64,000 nt of DNA, from positions 882-64,881 of the forward strand of contig JAFVXH010000006.1 of assembly GCA_017501225.1 (NCBI GenBank), given 5' to 3'. How positions within the stretch are numbered: the first letter of the stretch is position 1; each line of letters starts with the position of its first letter. The position numbers and the translations under genes are program-made. Origin of the DNA: Clostridia bacterium. Lineage in GTDB: Bacteria; Bacillota; Clostridia; Oscillospirales; CAG-272. The notes beneath the pieces were generated by a model that worked only from the letters and a program-made list of their open reading frames with translations, ran no database searches and had not been told where the DNA came from. Below are positions 1-7,676 of the stretch, piece after piece.

Positions 1-75
1 ATTGGTCAGGTCGGTGAGCTGACGCTTGTCGACGGCGGAGTAACAAGCTATATTTTGGATGGAGATACAGATTAA
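1..75 (+). CDS. 3' end of a CDS truncated by the window edge (IGQVGELTLVDGGVTSYILDGDTD*)
   Basis: Open frame 1 to TAA at 73-75, upstream of the next + strand gene; too short to assign. Confidence 0.35.
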   Translation: MGQVGELTLVDGGVTSYILDGDTD

Positions 76-151
76 TTCATTGCGATCGCAAGGGAGATAC
101 GACTAAAACATTGGATAAGCGCAAAGAAGAATTGGGGAGAGGACGTTTTTT

Positions 152-664
152 ATGATGGACCTATTTGAAGAATATCTGAAGCGCGGCGAGAGCGCGTGGC
201 GCACGCGTGCCTTGACCGATGAATCCATGATCGGCTGTGGGCTGACCGAGGCGCAGACCAACGTCACGCTTGCGACCTACGGTGACGCGGTCCTCAAGCT
301 TGCTCTGTGCGAGCTGCTGTTGGACAAGGTCGAGGAATTGACCATCGAAAAATCCAAATACGAAAGCGACGTATCCTTGGTGCGTGTGGCACAGCACTAC
401 CGTCTGATCCCGTACCTGACGGTCGCAAAGGGAAGCACGCTGCCAAGGGATTATCGTGTGTTTGACATAGAGCCTACCTTCAGCTACAGCAAAAAGGAAA
501 AGCTGCGCAAGTCCAACCGACGGCACAAGTACATCGCGACGGCGCTTGAGGCAGTGCTGGGAGCGATGTATCTGGATCATCGCGATTTTTCCGAGATCCT
601 CTCGGTCGTCCGGGGCTTTATGGAAATTCTGGATGCGCGTGGCGATGAGCAAACGGGGCATTGA
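152..664 (+). CDS. Stand-alone RNase III nuclease-domain protein (Mini-III-like, no dsRBD)
   Basis: LATYGDAVLK resembles the RNase III signature (LxxLGDAVL); ATALEAVLGAMYLD resembles the catalytic ATxFEAxxGxxYL helix; GGAGAGG RBS upstream. Confidence 0.75.
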   Translation: MMDLFEEYLKRGESAWRTRALTDESMIGCGLTEAQTNVTLATYGDAVLKLALCELLLDKVEELTIEKSKYESDVSLVRVAQHYRLIPYLTVAKGSTLPRDYRVFDIEPTFSYSKKEKLRKSNRRHKYIATALEAVLGAMYLDHRDFSEILSVVRGFMEILDARGDEQTGH

Positions 665-675
665 TCAATACGAAA

Positions 676-698
676 GGGAGCACCCGACGGGTGCTCCC
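676..698. terminator. Bidirectional intrinsic terminator between convergent genes
   Basis: GGGAGCACCC-gac-GGGTGCTCCC, 10-bp stem with A/T-rich flanks. Confidence 0.7.
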
Positions 699-725
699 AA
701 AATTTTGACTTCCTTGTAATTTGGA

Positions 726-1592
726 TCAGATGGTGCCGGTGACGGTGAGCGTGCTGACACCGGGGGTGACGATCTGAACACCGGTATCGGGATCCTGCGT
801 GTAGGTTGCGGCAGGAACCGTGATCTGACCCGCAACGGTTGCGAATTCACCCGTAGCATCGTTGTAGGTGTAATTTGCGGGCTCGGTCCAGGCGGCGCCG
901 TTAAAGCTGACGACGAGGTCGGAGAGCAACGGATCAAAGGTGTCCTCCACGATGGCGTTCGCCGTAGCGTCTGCCGCGGTGTTGCCGTAGTTCTGGATGA
1001 CGAAGGTATAGGTCACTCTGCCGTTTTCCGCGATCGGAATGGGCTCAATGCTCTTGATGATGGTCAGATTGGGCTCGGCAGCGGCGCGCACGGTTTCGCT
1101 GACCTCCACGGGCGTGGTGATTCCCGTTCCCGTGACGGTTGCGGTGTTGACGATGGTGCCGTCGGTTCCGAGCGGTGCAAATTCGTTCACGCTTGCCTCG
1201 TATACAAGAATGAGGTTGCTGTTTGCGGGCAGGGTGATGCCGCCAAAGCTCAGAGGCGTTGTGGACAGGACCGTCGGGGTAGGCTGCAGAACGCCGTTGA
1301 TGAACAGGCGAACCGAGCCGTCAACGTAGGTCAAGGGATAGAGCGTCGCGGGGGGAAGCAGAGGACCGAGGTCGTACGCGCCGAGATCGTCGGTGACGGT
1401 GATCCCCGAAACAGCGGTAGAACCGCTATTGACAACGCTGATCACGTAGGTGACGTCATCCCCGATGGCGTAATTGTCGGAGAGCGCCGTCTTGGATCCC
1501 GAAAGGACCTCCAGAATTTCGCCAACCGCAATATTGGAATTGATGACCGTATCGTTATAGGACAGGCGTGCCTGATTGGTAAACTGTGCCAT
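726..1592 (-). CDS. DUF11 (conserved repeat domain) beta-sandwich protein, no signal peptide
   Basis: Start refined to MAQFTNQA (ATG 1592, AAAGGAG RBS); two DUF11-like units (GDDVTYVISVVNSG..VTDDL; GRVTYTFVIQNYG..VEDTF). Confidence 0.8.
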   Translation of the reverse strand: MAQFTNQARLSYNDTVINSNIAVGEILEVLSGSKTALSDNYAIGDDVTYVISVVNSGSTAVSGITVTDDLGAYDLGPLLPPATLYPLTYVDGSVRLFINGVLQPTPTVLSTTPLSFGGITLPANSNLILVYEASVNEFAPLGTDGTIVNTATVTGTGITTPVEVSETVRAAAEPNLTIIKSIEPIPIAENGRVTYTFVIQNYGNTAADATANAIVEDTFDPLLSDLVVSFNGAAWTEPANYTYNDATGEFATVAGQITVPAATYTQDPDTGVQIVTPGVSTLTVTGTI

Positions 1593-1922
1593 GATTTTCT
1601 CCTTTCTGAAAGTGTGGGGATACGGCGCGCGACCGTACCCCCTGCTTACAGAATATGCGACTGTCTTGGATTTTGTCAAATTTTGTCAATGGGGGAAGGG
1701 GAGAACTTGAGCCTCTGCAAGTTTCCCCCGTCGGAACCTGACGGTAACGTTACCTCGGTGAAAGATTTTCTGTACCCTTTCTATAACAGTCAAAACTGCA
1801 AATATGATAGGTCAGGATCATCAGGCTGCAGAAGGAAATCGTAAATACTCATCATTTAGTGATGTAATCAAGTGTTTAAAATTCGACCCAAAAGTGAAAT
1901 GTAAATTGTATAGGGAAATAGC

Positions 1923-1951
1923 TTGACTTTTTTGAGTAACGGTGATATAAT
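1923..1951 (+). promoter_or_regulatory. sigmaA promoter of mscS
   Basis: TTGACT(1923-1928)-17 bp-TATAAT(1946-1951). Confidence 0.8.
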
Positions 1952-1985
1952 TACACAGCAAGCTAATTTCAAGGAGGCATTAAAT

Positions 1986-2801
1986 ATGGAATGGCTAAAA
2001 AATACTCTTGACATTATTGTTTCTTGGGCAACAAATACAGGATTAAAACTACTTATTGCGCTTGTTCTTATGTTTGTTTCGTTCAAGATAATCAACTGGG
2101 TTGCTAAACGGATCATAAAAAATGGTGAAAAAAAGAAACTCGATAAGACCATTGTAAAAACCATTTCGTATCTCGTTAAGATAGGCGGGAAAGTGATTGT
2201 TACGGTTTGTCTTGTCGGTTACGTTGGCATTGATACGAGTGCTATTACGGCACTGATCGCATCTTTTGGTGTTTGTATCGGACTTGCAGTAAACGGAGCC
2301 GTCTCAAATATCGCAGGAGGAGTTCTGATACTCGTTACGCGTCCCTTCAAGGTGGATGATTTTATTGAAGCGCAAGGCGTTTCCGGAACAGTTGCAGATA
2401 TCCATATGATAAGCACTAAGGTAGTTACGGGAGACAATAAGGTCGTACATATTCCCAACGGAGCGCTTGCGAACGGAAATATTATCAATTATTCCGAAAA
2501 AGAGCTTCGACGTGTTGACTTTAACTTTTCGATTGCGTACGATGCTGATTTTGATAAGGCGAGATCTGTCGTTGAAGATATTCTGAAGTCTCACGAGCTT
2601 GTACTTGATGATCCCGCGCCTTTTGTAAGAATGAGTAAGCATGCAGCTTCATCTATTGATATAGTCGCACGTGCTTGGGTAAAATCCGATGATTATTGGA
2701 CGGTAAATTTTGACGTGCTTGAAAAAGTTAAGGCTGAATTTGATAAGAACCATATCGAGATTCCCTTCGAACAGCTCGATGTTCACGTCAAAAACAATTA
2801 A
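1986..2801 (+). CDS. mscS: Small-conductance mechanosensitive channel
   Basis: Three TM segments, then GLAVNGAVSNIAGGVLILVTRPFKVDDFIE..GTV..I..ISTKVVTGDNKVVHIPNG; AGGAGG RBS before ATG 1986. Confidence 0.95.
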   Translation: MEWLKNTLDIIVSWATNTGLKLLIALVLMFVSFKIINWVAKRIIKNGEKKKLDKTIVKTISYLVKIGGKVIVTVCLVGYVGIDTSAITALIASFGVCIGLAVNGAVSNIAGGVLILVTRPFKVDDFIEAQGVSGTVADIHMISTKVVTGDNKVVHIPNGALANGNIINYSEKELRRVDFNFSIAYDADFDKARSVVEDILKSHELVLDDPAPFVRMSKHAASSIDIVARAWVKSDDYWTVNFDVLEKVKAEFDKNHIEIPFEQLDVHVKNN

Positions 2802-2804
2802 AAT

Positions 2805-2853
2805 AAGGGGGCTGTCTCAAATGCGATTTTAAGAGCCTTTGAGGCAGCCCCTT
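2805..2853. terminator. Long hairpin between mscS and the convergent tRNA-Leu transcript
   Basis: AAGGGGGCTGTCTCAAA...TTTGAGGCAGCCCCTT imperfect inverted repeat. Confidence 0.6.
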
Positions 2854-2857
2854 CCAT

Positions 2858-2878
2858 TGGTGCGGGTAAGAGGACTTG
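2858..2878 (-). repeat. Third copy of the tRNA-Leu(CAG) 3' end (21 nt, CAAGTCCTCTTACCCGCACCA)
   Basis: Plus strand TGGTGCGGGTAAGAGGACTTG is identical to 3459-3479. Confidence 0.95.
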
Positions 2879-3159
2879 GTCTCGTCGCTACGACGCAAAG
2901 CCGAGGTTTTGATTTCGGCTTTGCTTCGCTCCTCGGTCAAGCGCGGCTCTGACAGTCCACCGGACTGTCATTCACTACCGCGCCCCTTCAAGTCCTTTTG
3001 TTCTATTCGCAGCAAACAAAAGACGGCACGCTGTTGCGTACCGTCTTTTGTTTGTGAAGGAGCGATAAAAAAGATATTTTACCTTTTTAATCGATGGATT
3101 TGAACCCAAATATAATTTAATGCTTTTCGACGGAAGGAGAAAAGCTTCCTTAGCACCTT

Positions 3160-3238
3160 TTCACTATTCACTTTTACCTATTACCTAATCGACAAGTTTC
3201 GTAAGAGAAGAGTGAAAAGTGAAGAGTTAAGAGTGAAG
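3160..3238. repeat. Two mutually inverted heptamer arrays
   Basis: TTCACTA TTCACTT TTACCTA TTACCTA (3160-3187) and AGTGAAA AGTGAAG AGTTAAG AGTGAAG (3211-3238). Confidence 0.8.
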
Positions 3239-3279
3239 AAGTAAAAATCGACAAGCTTCTGTCGAAACTTGTCGATTTT

Positions 3280-3303
3280 TGGTGCGGGTAAGAGGACTTG
3301 AAC
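3280..3303 (-). repeat. Second copy of the tRNA-Leu(CAG) 3' end (24 nt, T-loop to CCA)
   Basis: Plus strand TGGTGCGGGTAAGAGGACTTGAAC is identical to 3459-3482. Confidence 0.95.
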
Positions 3304-3420
3304 GCTCCACAAGCACCGCATAAAATGCGGCAGTCATCCAAGGTTTGGTTTTCGCGGTGCTCCATAGCGAATTTTGCAAGCAAAATCCGCGCGTGAAGAA
3401 CCGTCGGCTTTTGCCAAACC

Positions 3421-3459
3421 AACAGAAAAGGGATACGCGATGCGTATCCCTTTTCTGTT
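3421..3459 (-). terminator. Intrinsic terminator right after tRNA-Leu(CAG)
   Basis: AACAGAAAAGGGATACGC-gat-GCGTATCCCTTTTCTGTT perfect stem. Confidence 0.8.
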
Positions 3460-3545
3460 GGTGCGGGTAAGAGGACTTGAACCTCCACGAAGTTGCCCCC
3501 ACTAGAACCTGAATCTAGCGCGTCTGCCAATTCCGCCATACCCGC
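3459..3545 (-). tRNA. tRNA-Leu(CAG)
   Basis: GCGGGTATGGCGGAATTGGCAGACGCGCTAGATTCAGGTTCTAGTGGGGGCAACTTCGTGGAGGTTCAAGTCCTCTTACCCGCACCA; anticodon loop TTCAGGT, long variable arm, encoded CCA; TTGACA-17-TATAAT promoter at 3601-3573. Confidence 0.98.
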
Positions 3546-3988
3546 ATGTTGATTTTGTTATCAACAAATGAGATTATACCACATCAAAATCTCTTTGTCA
3601 ATAGTATTTTTAAGTTTTTTTGGATTATTTTACAACCGAGCGCAAAGCTTCTCGCAATCTTCACTTTTTTGCCGGATTTGAAAAAATATCGATTTTTGTC
3701 AAATCTCGCAAATTCCTTGATTTATTGGAAGGGCTGTGATACCGGGTCGTCAGCGATGCGCTTCTCCAAATCGAAGCACTCCCTCAGCAACCGTAAATCC
3801 CCCCGCCCCATGTGCGTGTTCTCCGTTAAGGATCATACGCATGTAGGGCGGGGTTTTGTCTGTTTTTGGGTTTTTCGCTCCACTTTGCCATCAAAACAAG
3901 GCTTATAAAAAAACTTTTCACCACCGTATTGACAAGGAATTTTCGGTATGATATAGTGAATTTGTAATCAAAAACAAGGGGGATAAAA

Positions 3989-6499
3989 ATGATGAAAAAA
4001 CTCGTTGCCGCTTTCCTGTGTCTGATCATGCTTCTGTCGCTTTTTTCTTGCAAAAAAGGAAGCACTGAAGGTATAGACAATCCCTCAGATCCCGATGGTA
4101 GTACCGCTTTAGATACCTCCATCAACTCAAACACCAACCCTACAAGTGCAAATTACGACTCCGTGTTGCGTGTCTATCGACGTATCGTTGACAGTTATCC
4201 GATCGTCAATCAGAATCCTCGTGCGGTCGCCGCAGAGCTTGGTATTCAAGATGAAGCCGAAATAGAATCTTTCGTTGACTTATATACATCTATCCTTCTG
4301 TTTTATCCCGGCAGAGGGCAAGAGGATCGCGTATCTCCTCACTATAAGCTTGGTTGCGGATATTCTGTAAAGGACCTCAACGGCGACGGCGTGGACGAGC
4401 TTGTTTTGATGAACAAGGATTATGCTGTTATGGCGATTTTCTCGTATGCCGACGGACATCCGGTTTTGCTCGGCAATTATTGGGAAAGAAATGTTTGCTG
4501 GATAGACGGTGACGGACTGATTCACAACCATGGAAGCAGTGGAGCAGATCGTTCGACCAATGCGCTCTATCAAATTGCCGACGGTGGCGACCGCCTCGAG
4601 CTGATTGCCGAGTTCGGTACCGACGGTCACGAATGGATAGACGGGGTTGCTTACACAAAATATTACAAGGTGGTAGATGGCGAAAAGGTTTCTATCACCG
4701 AAAGTGAATGTGCCGCGTTGGTTGAGCAATACGGAAAAGCCCTCGGTTCCGTGTCGGGAGCTGAGGCGACCAAGCAATATTCCGGCATGATCTTTACCTC
4801 GCTCTATACCGAAGCCGAGATCGCTATGGAAATGTACGAGGCGGCGATCAAAGGAGAAATCTGCGTTCTGGATGAGCGCTTAGGTGAGATAAAATTGAAG
4901 AACTGCCGTTTCCCGAGTGACAACGTAAGACTTGACGAATGTGAAATCCTTACCAAAGCAATTTTAGATATGGATCAGGACGGAATCAACGAATACGTGA
5001 TTCAATCCCAAGCAAAGGATCATATCGTATTACGCTACTATGATGGCACAGTTTACAGCTATTGCTTTGACAGCAAGAATTTCTTCAATTTGAATACCGA
5101 CGGTTCTTTTTATTGGATCGATTCTTGCGAATTAGATCATTGCACGCGCGGATACAGTCAAATCGCATTTGAGGGATCATCATTCAGTATCAAAGAAATA
5201 TACAGAATCAAACAGACAAGCCCCTATGATTACGGTGACGGTACCCATGAATATTATGTGGATGGTAAGCAGATCACGCGTGAAGAATTTCGGGATTATT
5301 GTGACTCCAATTGCAGAGGCAAAACAAGAGCGATCTTCTCTCCGCTTGATATTGATACTTCGTGTGAGTATCCGATCTCTTCGGAAAAAGCCTATGAGCT
5401 TGCTTCTGAGTTTTGGGGACTTCAAAGTGGAATGGAAGAGGGGGCTGCCGGAACACGTTATGTGCTCAACATCGTTGTATTGGAAAAGCCGAATAGCGAT
5501 ACACGGTGCTACCGCATCGGTTGTCAGTACGAAGGATATACGAACCACGTAATTGACAGCTTCTACGCTCAACCTCCGACGTCCGTCAGAATACATAAGG
5601 AATTAATTGTAAATGCCATAACGGGAGCGTGTCGGGATTCTATAGACCCCGAATTCGAAGCGGAAGCTGAGGTCGCTATGGAAATGTACGAGGCGGCGAT
5701 CAAGGGAGAAATCTGCGTTGTTGATGAGCACTCGGGTGAGATCAAATTAGAAGACTGCCGTTTCCCGAATAACAACGTAAGCCTCGAAGACTATGGAAGC
5801 CTTGACAAAGCGATCCTGGATATAGACGGCGACGGGATCAACGAATACGTGATCCGGTCACCCCAAAGAGATCATATTATTATGCGTTACTATGACGGCA
5901 AGATCTACAGTTATGGCTTTGATTTCAAAAGTCTTTTCAGGCTAAATACCGACGGAACGTTTTATTGGTATTCCGACGCCGGCGATTCAACGTCCAATTT
6001 GCCAACGGTCGGTTTGAGTCAGATCACGTTTCAGGATTCCTCTATCGTCATCAGGGAAATTTACAAGTTAAAAAATGTTTGTGAATATGCAGAAGAATAT
6101 TACCTTGACGGTTGCCGAGTGACACGGGAAGAATTTTTGGGTTACTACAACAAAAGTGATAAAACCTGGGTACAATTTTCTCCTTTTGAGTTTTCGTGTC
6201 AATATCCGATAACCGCTGAGAAGGCATGGAGTATTGCGGATGATTATTTGGGAAACCCGGATGGAGGACATGACGTCGCAACGGGAAAAACATACTTTTT
6301 CAAGGTCGTCATAACCGAAAAACCAACCGATGGCTCAGAATATTACATCGTGGTTGTGCAGCAATTTTGCTTTAGCCACATCTTCGACGGTTGGCAGATC
6401 TCAAACCCGGACCCTTTATATGAATTTGAAAGATTGGCTGTCAATGCAATCACCGGTGAGTGTTGGAAGTATGTAGATCCCGTTCCCGACGGAAAATGA
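3989..6499 (+). CDS. Multi-module lipoprotein with an internal ~284-aa duplication and DxDxDG motifs
   Basis: Lipobox LFSC; module AMEMYEAAIKGEICV..CRFP..KAILD.D.DGINEYVI occurs twice, 852 nt apart (4811 and 5663); promoter TTGACA-17-TATAGT at 3929-3957. Confidence 0.85.
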   Translation: MMKKLVAAFLCLIMLLSLFSCKKGSTEGIDNPSDPDGSTALDTSINSNTNPTSANYDSVLRVYRRIVDSYPIVNQNPRAVAAELGIQDEAEIESFVDLYTSILLFYPGRGQEDRVSPHYKLGCGYSVKDLNGDGVDELVLMNKDYAVMAIFSYADGHPVLLGNYWERNVCWIDGDGLIHNHGSSGADRSTNALYQIADGGDRLELIAEFGTDGHEWIDGVAYTKYYKVVDGEKVSITESECAALVEQYGKALGSVSGAEATKQYSGMIFTSLYTEAEIAMEMYEAAIKGEICVLDERLGEIKLKNCRFPSDNVRLDECEILTKAILDMDQDGINEYVIQSQAKDHIVLRYYDGTVYSYCFDSKNFFNLNTDGSFYWIDSCELDHCTRGYSQIAFEGSSFSIKEIYRIKQTSPYDYGDGTHEYYVDGKQITREEFRDYCDSNCRGKTRAIFSPLDIDTSCEYPISSEKAYELASEFWGLQSGMEEGAAGTRYVLNIVVLEKPNSDTRCYRIGCQYEGYTNHVIDSFYAQPPTSVRIHKELIVNAITGACRDSIDPEFEAEAEVAMEMYEAAIKGEICVVDEHSGEIKLEDCRFPNNNVSLEDYGSLDKAILDIDGDGINEYVIRSPQRDHIIMRYYDGKIYSYGFDFKSLFRLNTDGTFYWYSDAGDSTSNLPTVGLSQITFQDSSIVIREIYKLKNVCEYAEEYYLDGCRVTREEFLGYYNKSDKTWVQFSPFEFSCQYPITAEKAWSIADDYLGNPDGGHDVATGKTYFFKVVITEKPTDGSEYYIVVVQQFCFSHIFDGWQISNPDPLYEFERLAVNAITGECWKYVDPVPDGK

Positions 6500-6552
6500 C
6501 GTAACCGTTCACCGATTAAAATCTATTAAAATTTAAAATTCAGGAGGTCAAA

Positions 6553-7494
6553 ATGAGAAAAACCGCAGCCCTTGTTCTTTGCCTGATGATGATCCTGTCG
6601 CTCTTTTCGTGTGATGGAAGCGGCGACCAAGGTCCTTTGCCGACCGAACCGCCCGGCACCACCGCATCTCCCACGACTGAGGCGAGCACGACCGCTCCCC
6701 CTCAGGAAAATCCGGAGCCGACTCCCGAGGATGTCCAAAATGAGCTGGCGCTGCAAGCCTACGGCGCGGCGATCAGAAACGAGATCAACGTATATTACCC
6801 GTTGCTGAACAACGATACACCGACTGAAACTTATTTTGAAAGAATATGTGGCTCGGAAAAAGGCAATCCCATGCGTCAGGCACTGGTGGATATGGACCGG
6901 GACGGAATTGAAGAATTGATCTTGAAATATGGATCCTTTTTTGTCATTCTTCATTTCGAAAATAATAAGGTGTACGGAACCGATTTTCACTTTGGTGCCA
7001 TGGAAATGATCTATACCGACGGTTCTTTTTCCTGGAGTCATACTGACGATATGTTCGGATATGAATGCGGCATCAGCCGGGTTTCGTTCGCAAACGGAAT
7101 CATGAAAGTAGAAGAGCTTTGCAGAAAAGAAGGCGATTCCAGATTTTTTATCAGCGGTGCACAGGTTACAAAGGAGCAATACGATGACTATCTGGACGGT
7201 AACGAAAGAACCCCCGTTGACTTTGCTCCTTTTGATATCTATTTCCTTGATTCCGACGCATTAAAGGCAATAGAACTCGCTTCTGAATATTGGGGGATCA
7301 AGGACGGTGACTTTGATCCCGAAAGGGGACTTAGATACCGTGTGATCTGCAAGAGAAAAATAGATGAAGGACGCTACGAGGTTTCTTTGTACCGCTTTAT
7401 CTACAATCGCTCTTACGAGCATTTTGCACTTGCCACGGTGAACGTGGACACGGGAGAAATCACGGTGGAGAAATATCCAGACGGCAAGGGGTAA
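6553..7494 (+). CDS. Lipoprotein paralogous to the repeated module of the upstream gene
   Basis: Near-identical signal peptide (LCLMMILSLFSC), Pro/Thr linker, DMDRDGIEE, AIELASEYWG, ends PDGKG; AGGAGG RBS. Confidence 0.85.
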   Translation: MRKTAALVLCLMMILSLFSCDGSGDQGPLPTEPPGTTASPTTEASTTAPPQENPEPTPEDVQNELALQAYGAAIRNEINVYYPLLNNDTPTETYFERICGSEKGNPMRQALVDMDRDGIEELILKYGSFFVILHFENNKVYGTDFHFGAMEMIYTDGSFSWSHTDDMFGYECGISRVSFANGIMKVEELCRKEGDSRFFISGAQVTKEQYDDYLDGNERTPVDFAPFDIYFLDSDALKAIELASEYWGIKDGDFDPERGLRYRVICKRKIDEGRYEVSLYRFIYNRSYEHFALATVNVDTGEITVEKYPDGKG

Positions 7495-7676
7495 GCTGTT
7501 TTCGTCCGTTCCTCATTTTGACAGAACAAGCAAAAAATAGGTCGATTTTGCGCACTTTCCGTCCTGTCATTGACAACCCGTCTTGCCTTACAGTATAATA
7601 CTTTCGTAATGTTACCGCTCCCCGACGGTGTGATGCGCCCTTGGGGAGCGCGAGTATTTTAACTGAGAGGTTTTCA

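Noticed and set aside
1700-1920. Short ORFs 1614-1844 and 1868-2164 and a possible gene remnant
   Set aside because: No RBS or recognisable motif; they overlap promoters and mscS.
3174-3539. 121-aa and 91-aa ORFs over the tRNA-Leu repeats; also 23406-23897 and 38747-39322
   Set aside because: They translate tRNA and repeat sequence and are spurious.
2858-3545. Possible CRISPR array (21-24-nt direct repeats with spacers)
   Set aside because: The repeats are tRNA 3' ends, spacer lengths are very unequal and far too long, and there are no cas genes.
3459-7494. Possible prophage or ICE at tRNA-Leu
   Set aside because: No integrase, phage or conjugation genes; the lipoproteins lie on the 5' side of the tRNA, outside the duplicated ends.
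7600-7676. Glycine riboswitch before the Ala/Gly symporter
   Set aside because: The UTR is too short and lacks the GGAGA/CCGAAG/CUCUCAGG elements.
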